From Chiloscyllium plagiosum (lineage: Eukaryota): a DNA stretch of 57,101 nucleotides. The position numbers and the translations under genes are program-made. Shown here piece after piece: positions 39,501 through 51,291 of this stretch (position 1 is the stretch's first letter; each line of letters starts with the position of its first letter). The stretch is from NCBI RefSeq assembly GCF_004010195.1, contig NC_057718.1, positions 36,978,584 through 37,035,684 on the forward strand, read 5' to 3'. The notes under the pieces are model-generated. The model ran no database searches and was not told where the DNA came from. It saw nothing but the letters and a program-made list of their open reading frames with translations.

Positions 39501-41271
39501 CTCATACGTGAGGAATAAGAGAATGATCAGGGAGAAGGTAGGGTCGGTCAGGGATAGTGTAGGGAACTTGTGCGTGGAGTCTGAGGGGAAGCCCTAAATG
39601 AGTTTTTTGCTTTGATTTTCACTAACGAAAGGGACCTAGTTCTGAATAAGAACTTTGAGGAGCCTAGAAACAGGCTTGAACAGATCGAGATTGAGGACGT
39701 TGAGGTGCTGGAATTTTTGGCACATTTTAAGATTGGTAAGTCCTCAGGGCCAGAGCAGTTGTATCATAGGTTGCTCCAAGAAGTGAGAAAGGACGTTGCT
39801 AAGCTGCTGGTAAAGGTCTTTGCTTCCTCACACTCTACAGGAGTCATACCGGAGGATTGGAGGGAGGCAAATGTTGTTCCTCTTTTCAAGAAGGAGAATA
39901 GGGAAATTCTTTGCAATTACAAACCAGTCAGTCTTATGTCTGTGGTCAGCAAGGTTTTGGAAAGAATTCTGAGGGATAGGATTTGTGACTATTTGGAAAA
40001 GCATAGCATGATTAAACACAGACAGCATTGCTTTGTGAGGGTCAGGTCATGCCTCACAAATCTTATTGAATTCTTTGAGGAGGTGATGAGACAGGGTGAT
40101 GAAGGTCGAGCAGTGGATGTGGTGTATATGGACTTCAGCAAGTCATTTGATAAAGCTCCCCATGGTAGACTCATCCATAAAGTCAGGAGGTATGGGATAC
40201 GGGGAGATTTGGCTATCTGGCTTCAGAATTGGTTGGCTGACAGAAGGCAGAGAGTGGTTGTAGATGGATAGTATTCTGCCTGGAGGTTAGTGTTGAGTGT
40301 TGTCCCACAGGGCTCTGTTCTTGGGCCTCTGCTCTTTGTAATTTTTATAAATTATTTGGGTGAAGAGGTTGAGGGGTGAGTTAGTAAGTATGCCAACAAC
40401 ACAAAGGTTGGAGGTGCAGGTGATAGTATCACACGGCTATTGCAGGCTGCAGTGCGATATTGACAGGATGCAGAGCTGGGCAGAGAAATGGTAGATGGAG
40501 TTAAACCTGGATAAATGTGAAGTGGTGCATTTTGGAAGGTCGAACTTGAATGCTGACTTTAGGATTAAGGACAGGATTCTTGGCAGTGTGGAGGAACAGC
40601 GGGATCTTGGTGTTCAAGTGCATAGATCCCTCAAAGTTGCCACCCAAGTGGATAGGGTTGTTAAAAAAGCATATGGTGTTTTGGCTTTGATTAACAGGGG
40701 GAGTGAGTTTAATAGCCGCGAGATTTTGCTGCAGCTCTACAAAACCCTGGTGAAACCCCAGCTGGAATATTGTGTCCAGTCCTGGTCGCCCTATTGTAGG
40801 AATCATGCAAAGGCTCTGGAGAGGGTGCAAAGAAGGTTTACCAGGATGCTGCCTGGACTGGAGGGCTTGTCTTATTAAGAGAGGTTGACTAAGTTCAAAG
40901 AGAGAGAAGGAGGAAGACAGGTGACCTGATCGAGGTATACAAGGTATTGAGGGGTGTGAATAGAGTCGATAGTCAGAGACTTTTCCCCAGGGCAGGATTG
41001 ACTGGTGTTAGGAGGAAGGTATAGAGGCGATGTCAGAGATAGGTTCTTTACACAGAGAGTTGTGAATGCATGGAATGCGTTGCCAGCTGTGGGTGGTGGA
41101 AGCAGAGTCATTAGGGACATATAAGTGACTGCTGGACATGCACATGGACATCAGTGAATTGAGGGGTGCATAGGTTGGGTTATTTTATTTTAGATTAGGA
41201 TTAATCCTTGGCACAACATCGTGGGCCAAACGGCCTGTTTTGTGCTGTACTTGTCTATGTTCTATGTTCTA
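39501..41271 (+). mobile_element. CR1 LINE ORF2 fragment (~1.8 kb)
   Basis: ORFs 39612-40271 (PEDWREANVVPLFKK...YMDFSKSFDKAPH) and 40495-40878; (TTCTATG)n tail. Confidence 0.95.
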
Positions 41272-41577
41272 TCCCTCACTTCTGTCCCTGAGTCCCTCAT
41301 TAATTCTAGGCCTCTGAGTGCATTGCTGGCAACTGGCATTTTACTAATTGCAAAGAACAACTGTCAGCTTCTTTTAACTAGCAGCTCCCTGGGATGGATG
41401 GGACAGGAGCTGACATTCACAGATTCTCCCTCTCACTTCCCCCTTTAGGTCCTTAAACCTGGTGTTCACTTTAGTGCCTGGTAGGCTCACAAAAACGTAG
41501 GCTTCACCAACAAATCTAGTTACAGCACAGTCACCCACTCTCCAGTTGCTGAGCAAGTCACCCAGATTTAATCCCAG

Positions 41578-41682
41578 CATCTGTGACAGTGCTGCACTCC
41601 CTCAGTACAGCACTGAAGAGTCAGCCAAGATTTCTGTCCATAAATCTCAGAAGTTGGACCTGAATTAATGACCTTCTGGCAG
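41578..41682 (-). mobile_element. DeuSINE 5' part, continuing 38671-38986
   Basis: GACAGTGCTGCACTCCCTCAGTACAGCACTG...GGACCTGAA, the segment expected next in this SINE family. Confidence 0.7.
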
Positions 41683-42138
41683 CAATGAAGTAACTGGCTG
41701 AAGTAACAGGGCTTCTTCTCAATAAGATAAAGGAGAAATCATCAAAGCATTCTTGACAGTTGAGAATCAAATTATTCTTGATGAATATTGACAAATCAAC
41801 AATTTATCTCACAAACAACTTGCACCTATCTAATGAAACAAGAGATAAGAAATATTTAATTAGGGCCATTACATCCTTAGATCATGGCAAAGCAGTTCAT
41901 AGTCAATGAATTTATTTTTACAGTATAGTCACCATTTTTGCATTAGTAACCATGGCAACCAATTTGGGCACAGCAAACAGCAAAGTCTGCAAGTGTTTGG
42001 GAGTATTGGGGACGAGAAATCAATGTTGGATATCACACCAGGAGAATCTCATGCTGGCCTTTGTAACCGCGATCATCCTGAATAACAGTTGAAGAAACTT
42101 TTGCATTCTTATCATTCAACATAGCATTCAAAAGATAG

Positions 42139-42272
42139 TCATGATTTGGAGATGCCGGTGTTGGACTGGGGTGTACAAAGTTAAAAATCACCTGATGAAG
42201 GAGCAGCGCTCCGAAAGCTAGTGTGCTTCCAATTAAACCTGTTGGACTATAACCTGGTGTGTGATTTTTAAC
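42139..42272 (+). mobile_element. 134-bp Penelope-derived element with inverted end and 12-bp TSD
   Basis: TTCAAAAGATAG at 42127-42138 and 42273-42284; internal inverted repeat AAGTTAAAAATCAC / GTGATTTTTAACTT. Confidence 0.85.
42192..42229 (+). ncRNA. Hammerhead ribozyme core (intact catalytic boxes)
   Basis: CTGATGA-A-GGAGC-AGC-GCTCC-GAAA-GC-TAGTGT-GCTT: stem II and a short stem III are visible; stem I was not identified. Confidence 0.7.
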
Positions 42273-44902
42273 TTCAAAAGATAGCACCTTGAACAGTAGA
42301 CTATTCTTTCAAATGCACTGAAAAGCTAGAGTCCTGAACAGTAACATCACCGAATGTTGAGTCTACTGTTGAATGATGTGTATTAGAAGAGTTTTAATTG
42401 TTGCAGTGGTCACTTCTCATTACTTTTCGTGATTCACAATTATTCTAGTAATGTGCTATTGCAACATAAGCTCTCACAATCTACGCTTTTACAGTTTAGA
42501 AAATCTTTTGCAAACCTTATCTCAAGAGACCTTTGCTACTGCTTGTTGTGTAATTTATGATGAACATGATGCGGAGCGTCACTGGCAATATATCACCATC
42601 TGGTATTCATATCTGCCTGAATGAAATGCTTGTGACAGACCCAAGAATTGAAGTCTATTCCAATCAGAGGAATTACGCTATTTCATATTCTTCATAAATA
42701 ATATGCCAGTAATATAATAATCTTAAAATATTTATTTCGCTTTTAGTCAGGCAAGAGTGCATAAAAACCTGGTCCACATGCAAGGGCATGTTTCAACGGA
42801 GTTCGTTGGGAGTGGCAGTAAATCACTTTTAGTTTGTTTAATCAAGAAACTTAAAAGACTCAATCTCCAACACGTGTTTTTTTTTAATCTACTACGACCA
42901 ACGTCTTTGCTTATTTGAGAAAGTACCATTTTTTTCCTTGGTTTCACATGCCCTAGGTGATTTCCTCCAACATTTCTCGACAATATTGACTCACAGGACA
43001 TTCAAGGGATTCTCAGCCTCAGAGTAAACTTTCTATACCCCACACTCAGTGAAGCAAACTATTGACGGCATTTTAACCAAAGTTTTGAACAGATGCAAAG
43101 AAATGTATAAAATGATAATAAATTGTAGCATTACATTAAATATGTTGTAATCTATCTAAAAAAGTTACTTGCCTACACTTTCATTTTATTCATAAACAGA
43201 ATTGAATATTTTAGTCCGAACTAACAGACTAACAGACAATACATTGAATCAGGGCAGTGACCACTAGATTCGTTCCTTACAGTGAATGTAAATTGCAGGA
43301 TTACAGAGAATTGCTTCATTTGAAAATGCACTCACTGAGGTGGAACAAGGCAAAATTAATCAACATCTGGTTCTCAGGTTTGGACTACTGACAACAGCTG
43401 GCCAGCTCATTGGCAACATCCCATATGTAGTTAAGGTGCCACATGAAGTGGGCATAATTCACCAGCCCTGTGAAGGTGCAGAACTGCAGCCAGACATATT
43501 GTAAAGTCGTTATCCTAAATGTAACAACCATACCCCAGCAGTGAGCCTAAAGGCAGAACTTCGTCACTCACTAAAACTAGTTACAGACCCTTCCAAAAAC
43601 TTATTTATGAAGTTTACCCCATTCTCACTGTGTCCTGCAGTAAAAAAACACTGACCCATACATTAATTGCCCTATGCCTGCAAAGGAGAAGTGTATGACT
43701 GAAAATTGTTGCAATTTACAATAACAAAACTTAATGCTGTCTGTAATGCCTCAGCTGGAAATAGCTTTTTGATATACATCTCTTGTTGAGGTATTGGAAG
43801 ATTGCTGGTATCTGTAGAGTAATACCTCAAATTAAGCCATCGGCTTCAGAAGAGTGAGATTAAATAAAATTCCATGGCTGTACTTTGGAAGTTCAGTGGT
43901 CACGACAGGAACATACCTACAAGTTGGTTCTAAAAGAGTCTCCTTGTAGAAAGGGTCAGTAACTAAAACCACAGTGTTGAACATTGGAATGTACACAAAG
44001 TTCAGTCAACAAACAGGCAGAAATCCTGGCTACAACTATAACCACTACACGATTCCAGCTATTCATACAAAATAGGATATGTGTTGATTTGGTTGGGTGA
44101 GCAAACTGATTACTGAGCACGGAATAAAAATCTGGATTTGGGCATTTGTTCGGAGCCTTTTACATTATGTTTATTACTACAGCTGAAAATAGTGGGGTTA
44201 TTTAGAAGTACAATTAATAAAATGGCAGTTAATATGTTTTTTCATTTCACAAATCTTTCAGTCACTCAAGTTATTTGACAGTCATAAATGCTGAACTGCT
44301 GTAAGTGTATTTTCATTGGCGAGTGACAGTTTGCTAATGCAATTTTGACCTTCTAACTCTTTAATGATTTAGAACTTGAGAGAATCGGTTATGTGTATTT
44401 GTCCAATCAGGCCATTAATTTTATTTAATGAAGAAATGTCTCTTTTGTGTTGAATCATAAATAATGGGCTTTCCACTTACTGAATGAATTAACCTGATAC
44501 AGAGAAGCACTAGGAGCAAAGAAAACTGAAACCAGTTTGAACTACCTGAAAGAAAACAGCTTAGGGAACCTAAGCAGTGAGGCATCTAATGGCGCCCAAG
44601 GTACATTAGGAGAAGAGAAAGCAGCAAGAAATATGAGTCTAAAACAGCTCTATGAGCTGACCTTTATGCTGCTTAATACCATTCCTGATTTTTATTTTAC
44701 AAATAGCAAATTAATTTTATTTACAAAAGTGGAGCATCACAAAAATAAGCTTATTTGATGTGGAGACAGAGGTCCTTCAACATGTTGGGTACTTTCACTT
44801 CACCATGTACTGGAATGCTCTCCTGCTCCTTTTGTAATTTAGTCTCACATGATGAAACCAATGCCTTTGGCATATTGTCTGAGGCACTGGTGGCATATGT
44901 TG

Positions 44903-45225
44903 TGGTTGTATTCCCAGAGCAGACCATGGCAGTCTGGAAATGACTGTCAGACTACTCAGACCCCTTGGAATCATGGTAGCTCACAAACCCACCAACACAC
45001 TAAAACAGCACTTAATGAATTTGAAAGACCCTATAAAGACAACAAGCAAAACTAATGTCATTTATGGTTGTATTCCCAGAGCAGACCATGGCAGTCTGGA
45101 AATGACTGTCAGACTACTCAGACCCCTTGGAATCATGGTAGCTCACAACCCACCAACACACTAAAACAGCACTTAATTAATTTGAAAGACCCTATAAAGA
45201 CAACAAGCAAAACTAATGTCATTTA
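44903..45225. repeat. Near-identical 162-bp tandem duplication
   Basis: TGGTTGTATTCCCAGAGCAGACC...AACTAATGTCATTTA starts at 44903 and again at 45065. Confidence 0.95.
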
Positions 45226-45395
45226 CAAAATACTGTGCAAGGACTGTAACAAATACTACATTGGACAAACAGGCAGAAAACTGGCCACCACGATACATGA
45301 ACACCAATTAGCCACAGAACGACATGACTCTCTCTCACTATTATCCTTACATACAGATTCGGAAGGACACCACTTCCACTGGGACAACACAGCCA

Positions 45396-45596
45396 CTCCT
45401 CTATATTGGGGAGACAGGCCGGCTACTTGCNNNNNNNNNNNNNNNNNNNNNNNNNNNNNNNNNNNNNNNNNNNNNNNNNNNNNNNNNNNNNNNNNNNNNN
45501 NNNNNNNNNNNNNNNNNNNNNNNNNNNNNNNNNNNNNNNNNNNNNNNNNNNNNNNNNNNNNNNNNNNNNNTGCTGCGCTTTTCCAGCAACACATTT
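45396..45596 (+). mobile_element. Second Penelope family nested in the first (spans gap), 7-bp TSD
   Basis: LLYIGETGRLL before the gap and TGCTGCGCTTTTCCAGCAACACATTT after it; ACAGCCA at 45389-45395 and 45597-45603. Confidence 0.8.
45431..45570. other. Assembly gap (N run)
   Basis: Run of N. Confidence 1.
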
Positions 45597-46170
45597 ACAG
45601 CCATCCTAGGACAAGCCAAACAGAAACATGCATAAGAATTCCTAGAAGCATGGCATTCCAACTGGAACTCTATCAACAAACACATTTACCACCACTTGAG
45701 AAAAAGGACAGGAAATGACATCACCACAAAAAATGACATCACCAACCCAAAGAAACCCAAACATATAAATAGAAAGCAGGAATCATCAGCAGTGCTTTGC
45801 CCAGAGGCCCACTGAAGATGTTAACTAGTAGGGTGACAAAACGTCTGGAAATGAACCTACCAGCTCAGTGAGCAAACCTACATTCAGAATCTCAACCTGA
45901 GCTGCAAATGTTCTCAAAACCTACTAACTATTATTAGTATAGTTTGATTATAGTTAGCGGCTGGATTATAGTTTCTGTTTAGAACAAACTAAAGTAGTTA
46001 AACATCAAAGGTGGAAACAATTTCTGTAACCTATGTTGAAATGTTGCAAAAGTAAATTATCAAATTTATTGACAATTTGTGATTCTAGAAATAGCACAAG
46101 CAAGCAACATACAGTGTTAGGAATGGTAACATTATTGGACTTATAATCGCAGGAGATATACTGGGTGATC

Positions 46171-46275
46171 TGAAACAAAACCAGAAATAGCTGGAGAAAC
46201 TCAGCAGGTCTGGCATCATCTGTGAAAAGAAAAGGAGAGTTCATGTTTCAAGTCCGATGGCTTTTCATCAGACTC
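46171..46275 (-). mobile_element. Short Penelope-derived element with hammerhead-like core
   Basis: Minus strand CTGATGAAAAGCCATCGGACTTGAAACATGAAC...CAGATGATGCCAGACCTGCTGAG. Confidence 0.7.
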
Positions 46276-47093
46276 TAGGGCACCCTGGGCAGCTGATGAA
46301 ATTTAAATTCAATTAATTTTAAAAATCCAAAATTAATAAGATAAGTGTGGCCCTGAAACTATTGGAATATCATTTTTTTTTAAAAAGGATTCACTGATAT
46401 TCTTCAGGAAGGAGATCTGCCAGCTTTAGTTGGGCCATGACTCCAGGCCTACATGATGTGGCTGACGCTTAACTGCCTGCTCTATAGCTTTCCTACCAAA
46501 TCGTTCTCTCTCTTCTTCCTCTTGTTTACTTTCACTTCCATAACTATACTCTATATTGAGAGAAAGAGCTGTATGGTACAGTGTCTAAAAGGGCAATGTC
46601 TTTTCCCAGTGGGCTATTGTTCATAGAAAGTCAGCATTCCTGGTGATCTCCCATCACTAACTGGCCTTGAGAAGGTGGTGGCGAACTGCCTTTTAAAACC
46701 TTTTAGTTTGGTACTTTAGTTGTTGATTTAAAGAAAAATCTCAATGTAACCTTGGCTTTCTGTTTAGACTTCATTGCAGGATCCAGCTGCCATTTATGCT
46801 TCTGAATAATTGCTGAATATTGGCATGATTCAATTTGGACATCAGCAGATCCTTTATTTCGATTATTTTTATATGTTATTTGCAGTTGTTGAGTTTCCAC
46901 TTGACAGGCTGCTTCTGAGCTGCAAGGCTTTCTCTCAAAATGCCATGTTCATATTGGCGTTCCCTGTGCTTGATTGCAAAGATATGTTGCATAGAGTTCG
47001 ACCAATTTTACCAATGCAGCTGCGTCATGCTTCACCCTGTCAGAAACTTCAATATCCATAAATCTGCATTGAATCAGTGAAGTCACTCCCTTG

Positions 47094-47583
47094 TATAGAG
47101 TCATTGAGTCATAGAGATGTACAGCATGGAAACAGACCCTTCAGTCCAACCCGTCCATGCCGATCAGATATCCCAACCCAATCTAGTCCCACCTGCCAGC
47201 ACCTGGCCCATATCCCTCCAAACCCTTCCTATTCATATACCCATCCAAATGCCTCTTATATGTTACAATTGTAACAGCCTTTACCACTTCCTCTGGCAGC
47301 TCATTCCATACGCGTACTACCCTCTGTGTGAAAAGGTTGCCCCTTAGGTCTCTTTTTATATCTTTCCCCTCTCACCCTAAACCTATGCCCTTTAGTTCTG
47401 GACTCCCTGACCCCAGGGAAAAGACTTTGCCTATTTATCCTATCCATGCCCCTCATAATTTTGTAAACTTCTATAAGGTCACCCCTCAGCCTCCAACGCT
47501 CCAGGGAAAACAGCCCCACGCTGTGCAGCCTCTCCCTATAGCTCAAATCCTTCAACCCTGGCAACATCCTTGTAAATCTTTTC
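47094..47583 (-). mobile_element. CR1/HER1 LINE 3' fragment
   Basis: ORF 47301-47567 (MLPGLKDLSYRERL...); closely similar to 13361-13840. Confidence 0.95.
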
Positions 47584-47798
47584 TATGGTTGAGATTACTT
47601 TTCTAATTGCCTAATCTGAGATACTGATGATGTTTTTGTCATTTTGCTGGCAGGGAATGTTTTTCTGAAGTTACACTTGTTTTCAGTTGAAATTGAACTA
47701 TTGTATATAAAGGCGTTTTCCTGCTCCCCAGTAGTGTTCTGCACCCTGACCCCCATGCCCACCCCCAACACCCCCAAACACAGCGAGGAATTTCTACA

Positions 47799-47978
47799 AT
47801 AAAAACAGGAAATAGCTGGAAAAATGCAGCAGGTCTGGCAGCATCTGTGGAAAGAAACCAGAGTTAACATTTCGGGTCCAGTGACTCTTCTTCAAAAAGT
47901 TAAGTCCTGCTGGGAATTTCTACCAATTTCTAGTTTTGTCTCTGGTTTCTGGCATCTGCAGCTCTTTTTTTTTGTTTT
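47799..47978. mobile_element. Penelope-derived inverted pair with decayed 14-bp TSD
   Basis: Minus-strand unit with TGAAGAAGAGTCACTGGACCCGAAATG followed by a plus-strand tail; flanks GAGGAATTTCTACA / GAGGAACCTTTACA. Confidence 0.7.
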
Positions 47979-48289
47979 GAGGAACCTTTACATCTTTCTA
48001 GGGTTACAGGTTTCTGTTTCTCTTGTTCCAAGGTTTGGTAGCTCCTGTCAAAATAAGTAGAGAACTTTATCTCTTCAACAAATTGATAGCTCTTCTCAAA
48101 ATAGTCAGTAACAGCTTGATGAATAGGGCCACCCAAATCTTAGAGAACAAGAAGGAAGGACTTTGCCTCCATGAAATGTTAAGCATCAGTGATGGGTTCC
48201 TTCTGTGTCACTCCCTATTCTAAAAGAGGAAACAAAGAACTAGAATGCCCTCTTGTGGCTGGTCACCATCTTTGTTTTTGTTTCCCTGC

Positions 48290-49252
48290 CATTTTGAGCC
48301 TCTCTTGAATTAAAAGGTTTCTTGTAAGGGTTCTCCTTGTTATATTTTAGGCGGGGGTGTCTGTGCTGGGAAGTGATTCCTAGTGCAGTCAGTCACCTTA
48401 AAAAAGTACCTTAGGTGTCTGATGACTGAAGAATGTTTTAAGCTACATGCACAGCTCTGTGTAACATATGTGCCCTTTTCGGTCTGGGTTTAATACTTCC
48501 TGTAAAGTAATGTCAATAGAAGATATCTGAGGATCTTTGGCCTTAGCTATGGCATAGCATCCAAAGGGATAGACACATCTGCCCCTATATCCAATTTAAG
48601 TGCGTTGTCTTGCATTAACCAATGATATCTGTATAACAGAATTAATCCTGTGGGTCTGCAAAATCAGAGGGGCTGAACATCTCTTCTGGGCCTCCATTAT
48701 CACGCAAGAAGCTTGCTTCTCAGCTTCCTCTAATGGCTGGACACTTGTATGCTTTTGTTGTCTGTTTCCTTTTTGTGTGCTACCAATGTAGCAAGTACTA
48801 GATTCTCACTTGGCCCTCATAACCCTTTAAAATACTGGCTAAGCTAGCTTCTACTAGTGGTGTCTCTTAATGGCTTTGACTATGTCCTGTTTCGGCATTC
48901 ACTTTCTGCAGGTAAGATTCCTGACTGCTGTTTTCTTCACTGTCCCTTTAAGGATCTCCAATTTACCACACTATTTTACTCACTGCAGCTGGTTATTGTT
49001 CTGGTTCCTTGCCGCATTCCCTGCTGTGCGAATTATCCTATGGCTTTATAATTTTCGCATGAGCCTTCCTGCTCCAAGGCCCAGTACAAAGGTGGGCCTT
49101 AATGTTCATCACTCACTACTTCCTGTCATCATCAAGTGTCTCTTTAGGTACTTCTGGGATCAGATTATTGGCTGCTGTCATCCTTCATATGTAGTCATGA
49201 GCTGTCTCTTTACTGTTTTCCTCCAGTCCGAGTCTGTCACTGACTGTCACCA
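48290..49252 (-). mobile_element. Decayed Gypsy-type gag-protease remnant
   Basis: Minus strand TFVLGLGAGRLMRKL (gag-like), LKLDIGADVSI (aspartic protease D[T]GA-like) and a PBS-like TGGTGACAG near 49250. Confidence 0.55.
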
Positions 49253-49846
49253 TATGGTAAAATGAGGTCTACATTCTTGTTAATTACCATCAACAAGCTT
49301 AACTAAACATAATTATATATGAGAGATAGTAAGAATGAACATTGACTAGAGTTCAACGGACTCAGACTCCAGGTCCATGTGAACTGATTAATTCTGTGAG
49401 ATAGCTCCTTATACACATGCCCAGTAGCTTTATTTAAAGAAAAGGTATAATTAAGTCTTTACTTCATACCTCCAAGAAAACAAAACTCTCATTTCCCCCC
49501 AAGCAATTACCCTCTCATACCCTCAATCACTTCTACACATGTTGTCCTTGCCTATTGTCAACACAAATGATATTAAACATTCATCTCTTTGCTTTCTCAC
49601 CTTACAAGTGAAGGGAGACAAACTTGGCAAGCGATGGAGACCTGTACTTTGGGGTAGTGGCGTCCAGCAATTGCTTACATTGGATCATGTGTGTCCACTT
49701 GCTTCACTGAGGAGGAGGCCCTCTTCCAGGATGCTGCAGATATCAGCAGCGTCCCACCATGAAAGCTTGAGCTTCCTGAAACACTGGAGTTTTCAAAGTA
49801 TCGAGAGAGAGCTGACCTACTGTCTGTACAGCCTATGCTGGGAGTC

Positions 49847-49940
49847 GAGAGAGTGGTGCTGGAAAATGAACAGCAGTTCAGGCAGCATCCAAGGAGCAGG
49901 AGAATCAACATTTCAGGCAAAAACCCTGCATCAGGAAACT
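49847..49940 (-). mobile_element. 94-bp Penelope-derived element with 16-bp flanking direct repeat
   Basis: GCCTATGCTGGGAGTC at 49831-49846 and 49941-49956; minus strand CTGATGCAGGGTTTTTGCCTGAAATG. Confidence 0.85.
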
Positions 49941-50227
49941 GCCTATGCTGGGAGTCTCACCTTGTTCCAGCTGGATATCACACTCCTTGTCATCTGCTGC
50001 CGTAGGAGCTAACATTGGTTCTCTTGCTTCTACTCTTGCCCCTCAGCAGATCCGGGAGGTCAATCTGCATTAGAAGCTGATTTACCGTGTAAAGTCTGGA
50101 AGCAGGGAAGTGTAATTGAAGCTGAATAAAGTGTTAAAGAGGTGAAAGAAGTTGTCAGTCATCTGTCAAATGGTGAAAGCACTCTGAGGGAAGAAGTGCT
50201 TTGAACTATAGTGTCTCAATGGCCACG

Positions 50228-50448
50228 GTCAATAGATGTGAAGCTGGAAAAGCACAGCAGGACCAAGCAGCATCTGAGGAGCAGAAAGGTCAATGTTTCA
50301 GACTGAAACCCTTCATTAGGACCTGGCAAAAGGTTTCGGGCTGAAACATTGACCCTCCTGCTTCTCGGATGCTGCCTGACATTGCTGTGCTTTTCCAGCT
50401 TCACATCTATTGTCTCTGGCTTCCAGCATCTGCAGTCCTTACTGTCTC
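50228..50448. mobile_element. Palindromic Penelope-derived element (two inverted hammerhead-bearing units)
   Basis: Arms ~50229-50321 and ~50322-50413 are reverse complements (CAATAGATGTGAAGCTGGAAAAGCACAGCA / TGCTGTGCTTTTCCAGCTTCACATCTATTG). Confidence 0.85.
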
Positions 50449-51207
50449 CTCTATGGACATGTTTAAATCTCTTCAGTATAACTGATCAAAGACTTCCGAG
50501 CGTGTCACTTTCACTCTTGAAGCTTTGTAATCAGCTGATTGGCTGGCGATTTTCTTACAGATGAGGTAACAAGGTACCCAGGCTGGGAAATCTAGGGTCA
50601 AAACTGGTATTAAATGCTTGTCTATTGTTAGTAACTACTTTGTAATTACCGGCCTACCAGATCCAAGGAGCTTCCCTATCCAGCTTGCATCCCACCCTGG
50701 GGAAAGTGGGTAAAGCAGGATATTGTCTCAGTGTCAATTTCAGAGAGCTTCCCAGCACACAGTGTTAATTTCAGGGAATTTCTCAGCATACCTATGTGTG
50801 AAAAGATGCTGTTACCAGGCTGGGAAAATCCTGCCCAAACTTCCAAGTCAGTAGCTCACCTAGAGTGAGCACCTCTCAGAAAGGAGGGGCAAAAATTTGG
50901 GAGAGAGAAACATTTGGCCTTCTGAGTTATGGCATCCGACGTTGGTAGCAGTACTTAATTGTACATCTCTCAATACTATCCGCTGCTCCTTACACAAGTG
51001 CAGACAATACAAATCGTAAGTAGGAACGATACCTTCAGGGAAAGCAGCAGACAAGTGGGTTGAAGCATCGAGGCACCAGACTAGTGAGTCAGACAGACAT
51101 TCCTGGCCAGACAGCTCCTTTTCACACTGCATGCTATAATACAACAACACTCTAAATGCTTTAAAACATCACACTACTTGAAAAACATGAAAAACGCAAC
51201 TTAAGAT

Positions 51208-51291
51208 GGGTGGGTGCGCTTCAGCGGGTCGGTGTGGACTTGTTGGGCCGAAGGGCCTGTTTCCACACTGTAAGTAATCTAATCTAATCTA
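51208..51291 (+). mobile_element. HE1/HER1 3' tail fragment
   Basis: GGACTTGTTGGGCCGAAGGGCCTGTTTCCACACTGTAAGT(AATCT)3. Confidence 0.9.

Larger units (their letters stand above)
41815..42340 (-). mobile_element. Old DeuSINE copy hosting a mini-Penelope insertion
   Basis: ACAACTTGCA...CATGGCAACCAATTTGGGCACAGCAA...AAAGATAGCACCTTGAACAGT. Confidence 0.6.
44937..45928 (+). mobile_element. Penelope-like element 3' part (GIY-YIG endonuclease + pLTR with degenerate hammerhead)
   Basis: NVIYKILCKDCNKYYIGQTGRKL..IHEH and ILGQAKQKH; CTGAAGATGTTAACTAGTAGGGTGACAAAAC near 45812, where GAAA has decayed. Confidence 0.92.

Noticed and set aside
43290..43503. ~70-codon stop-free plus frame (IAGLQRIASFENALTEVEQG...)
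   Set aside because: No ATG, weak splice signals, no recognisable homology; this length can occur by chance.
45068..45718. 216-aa ORF as an intact endonuclease gene
   Set aside because: It is a chimera of a duplication, two Penelope families and an N gap.
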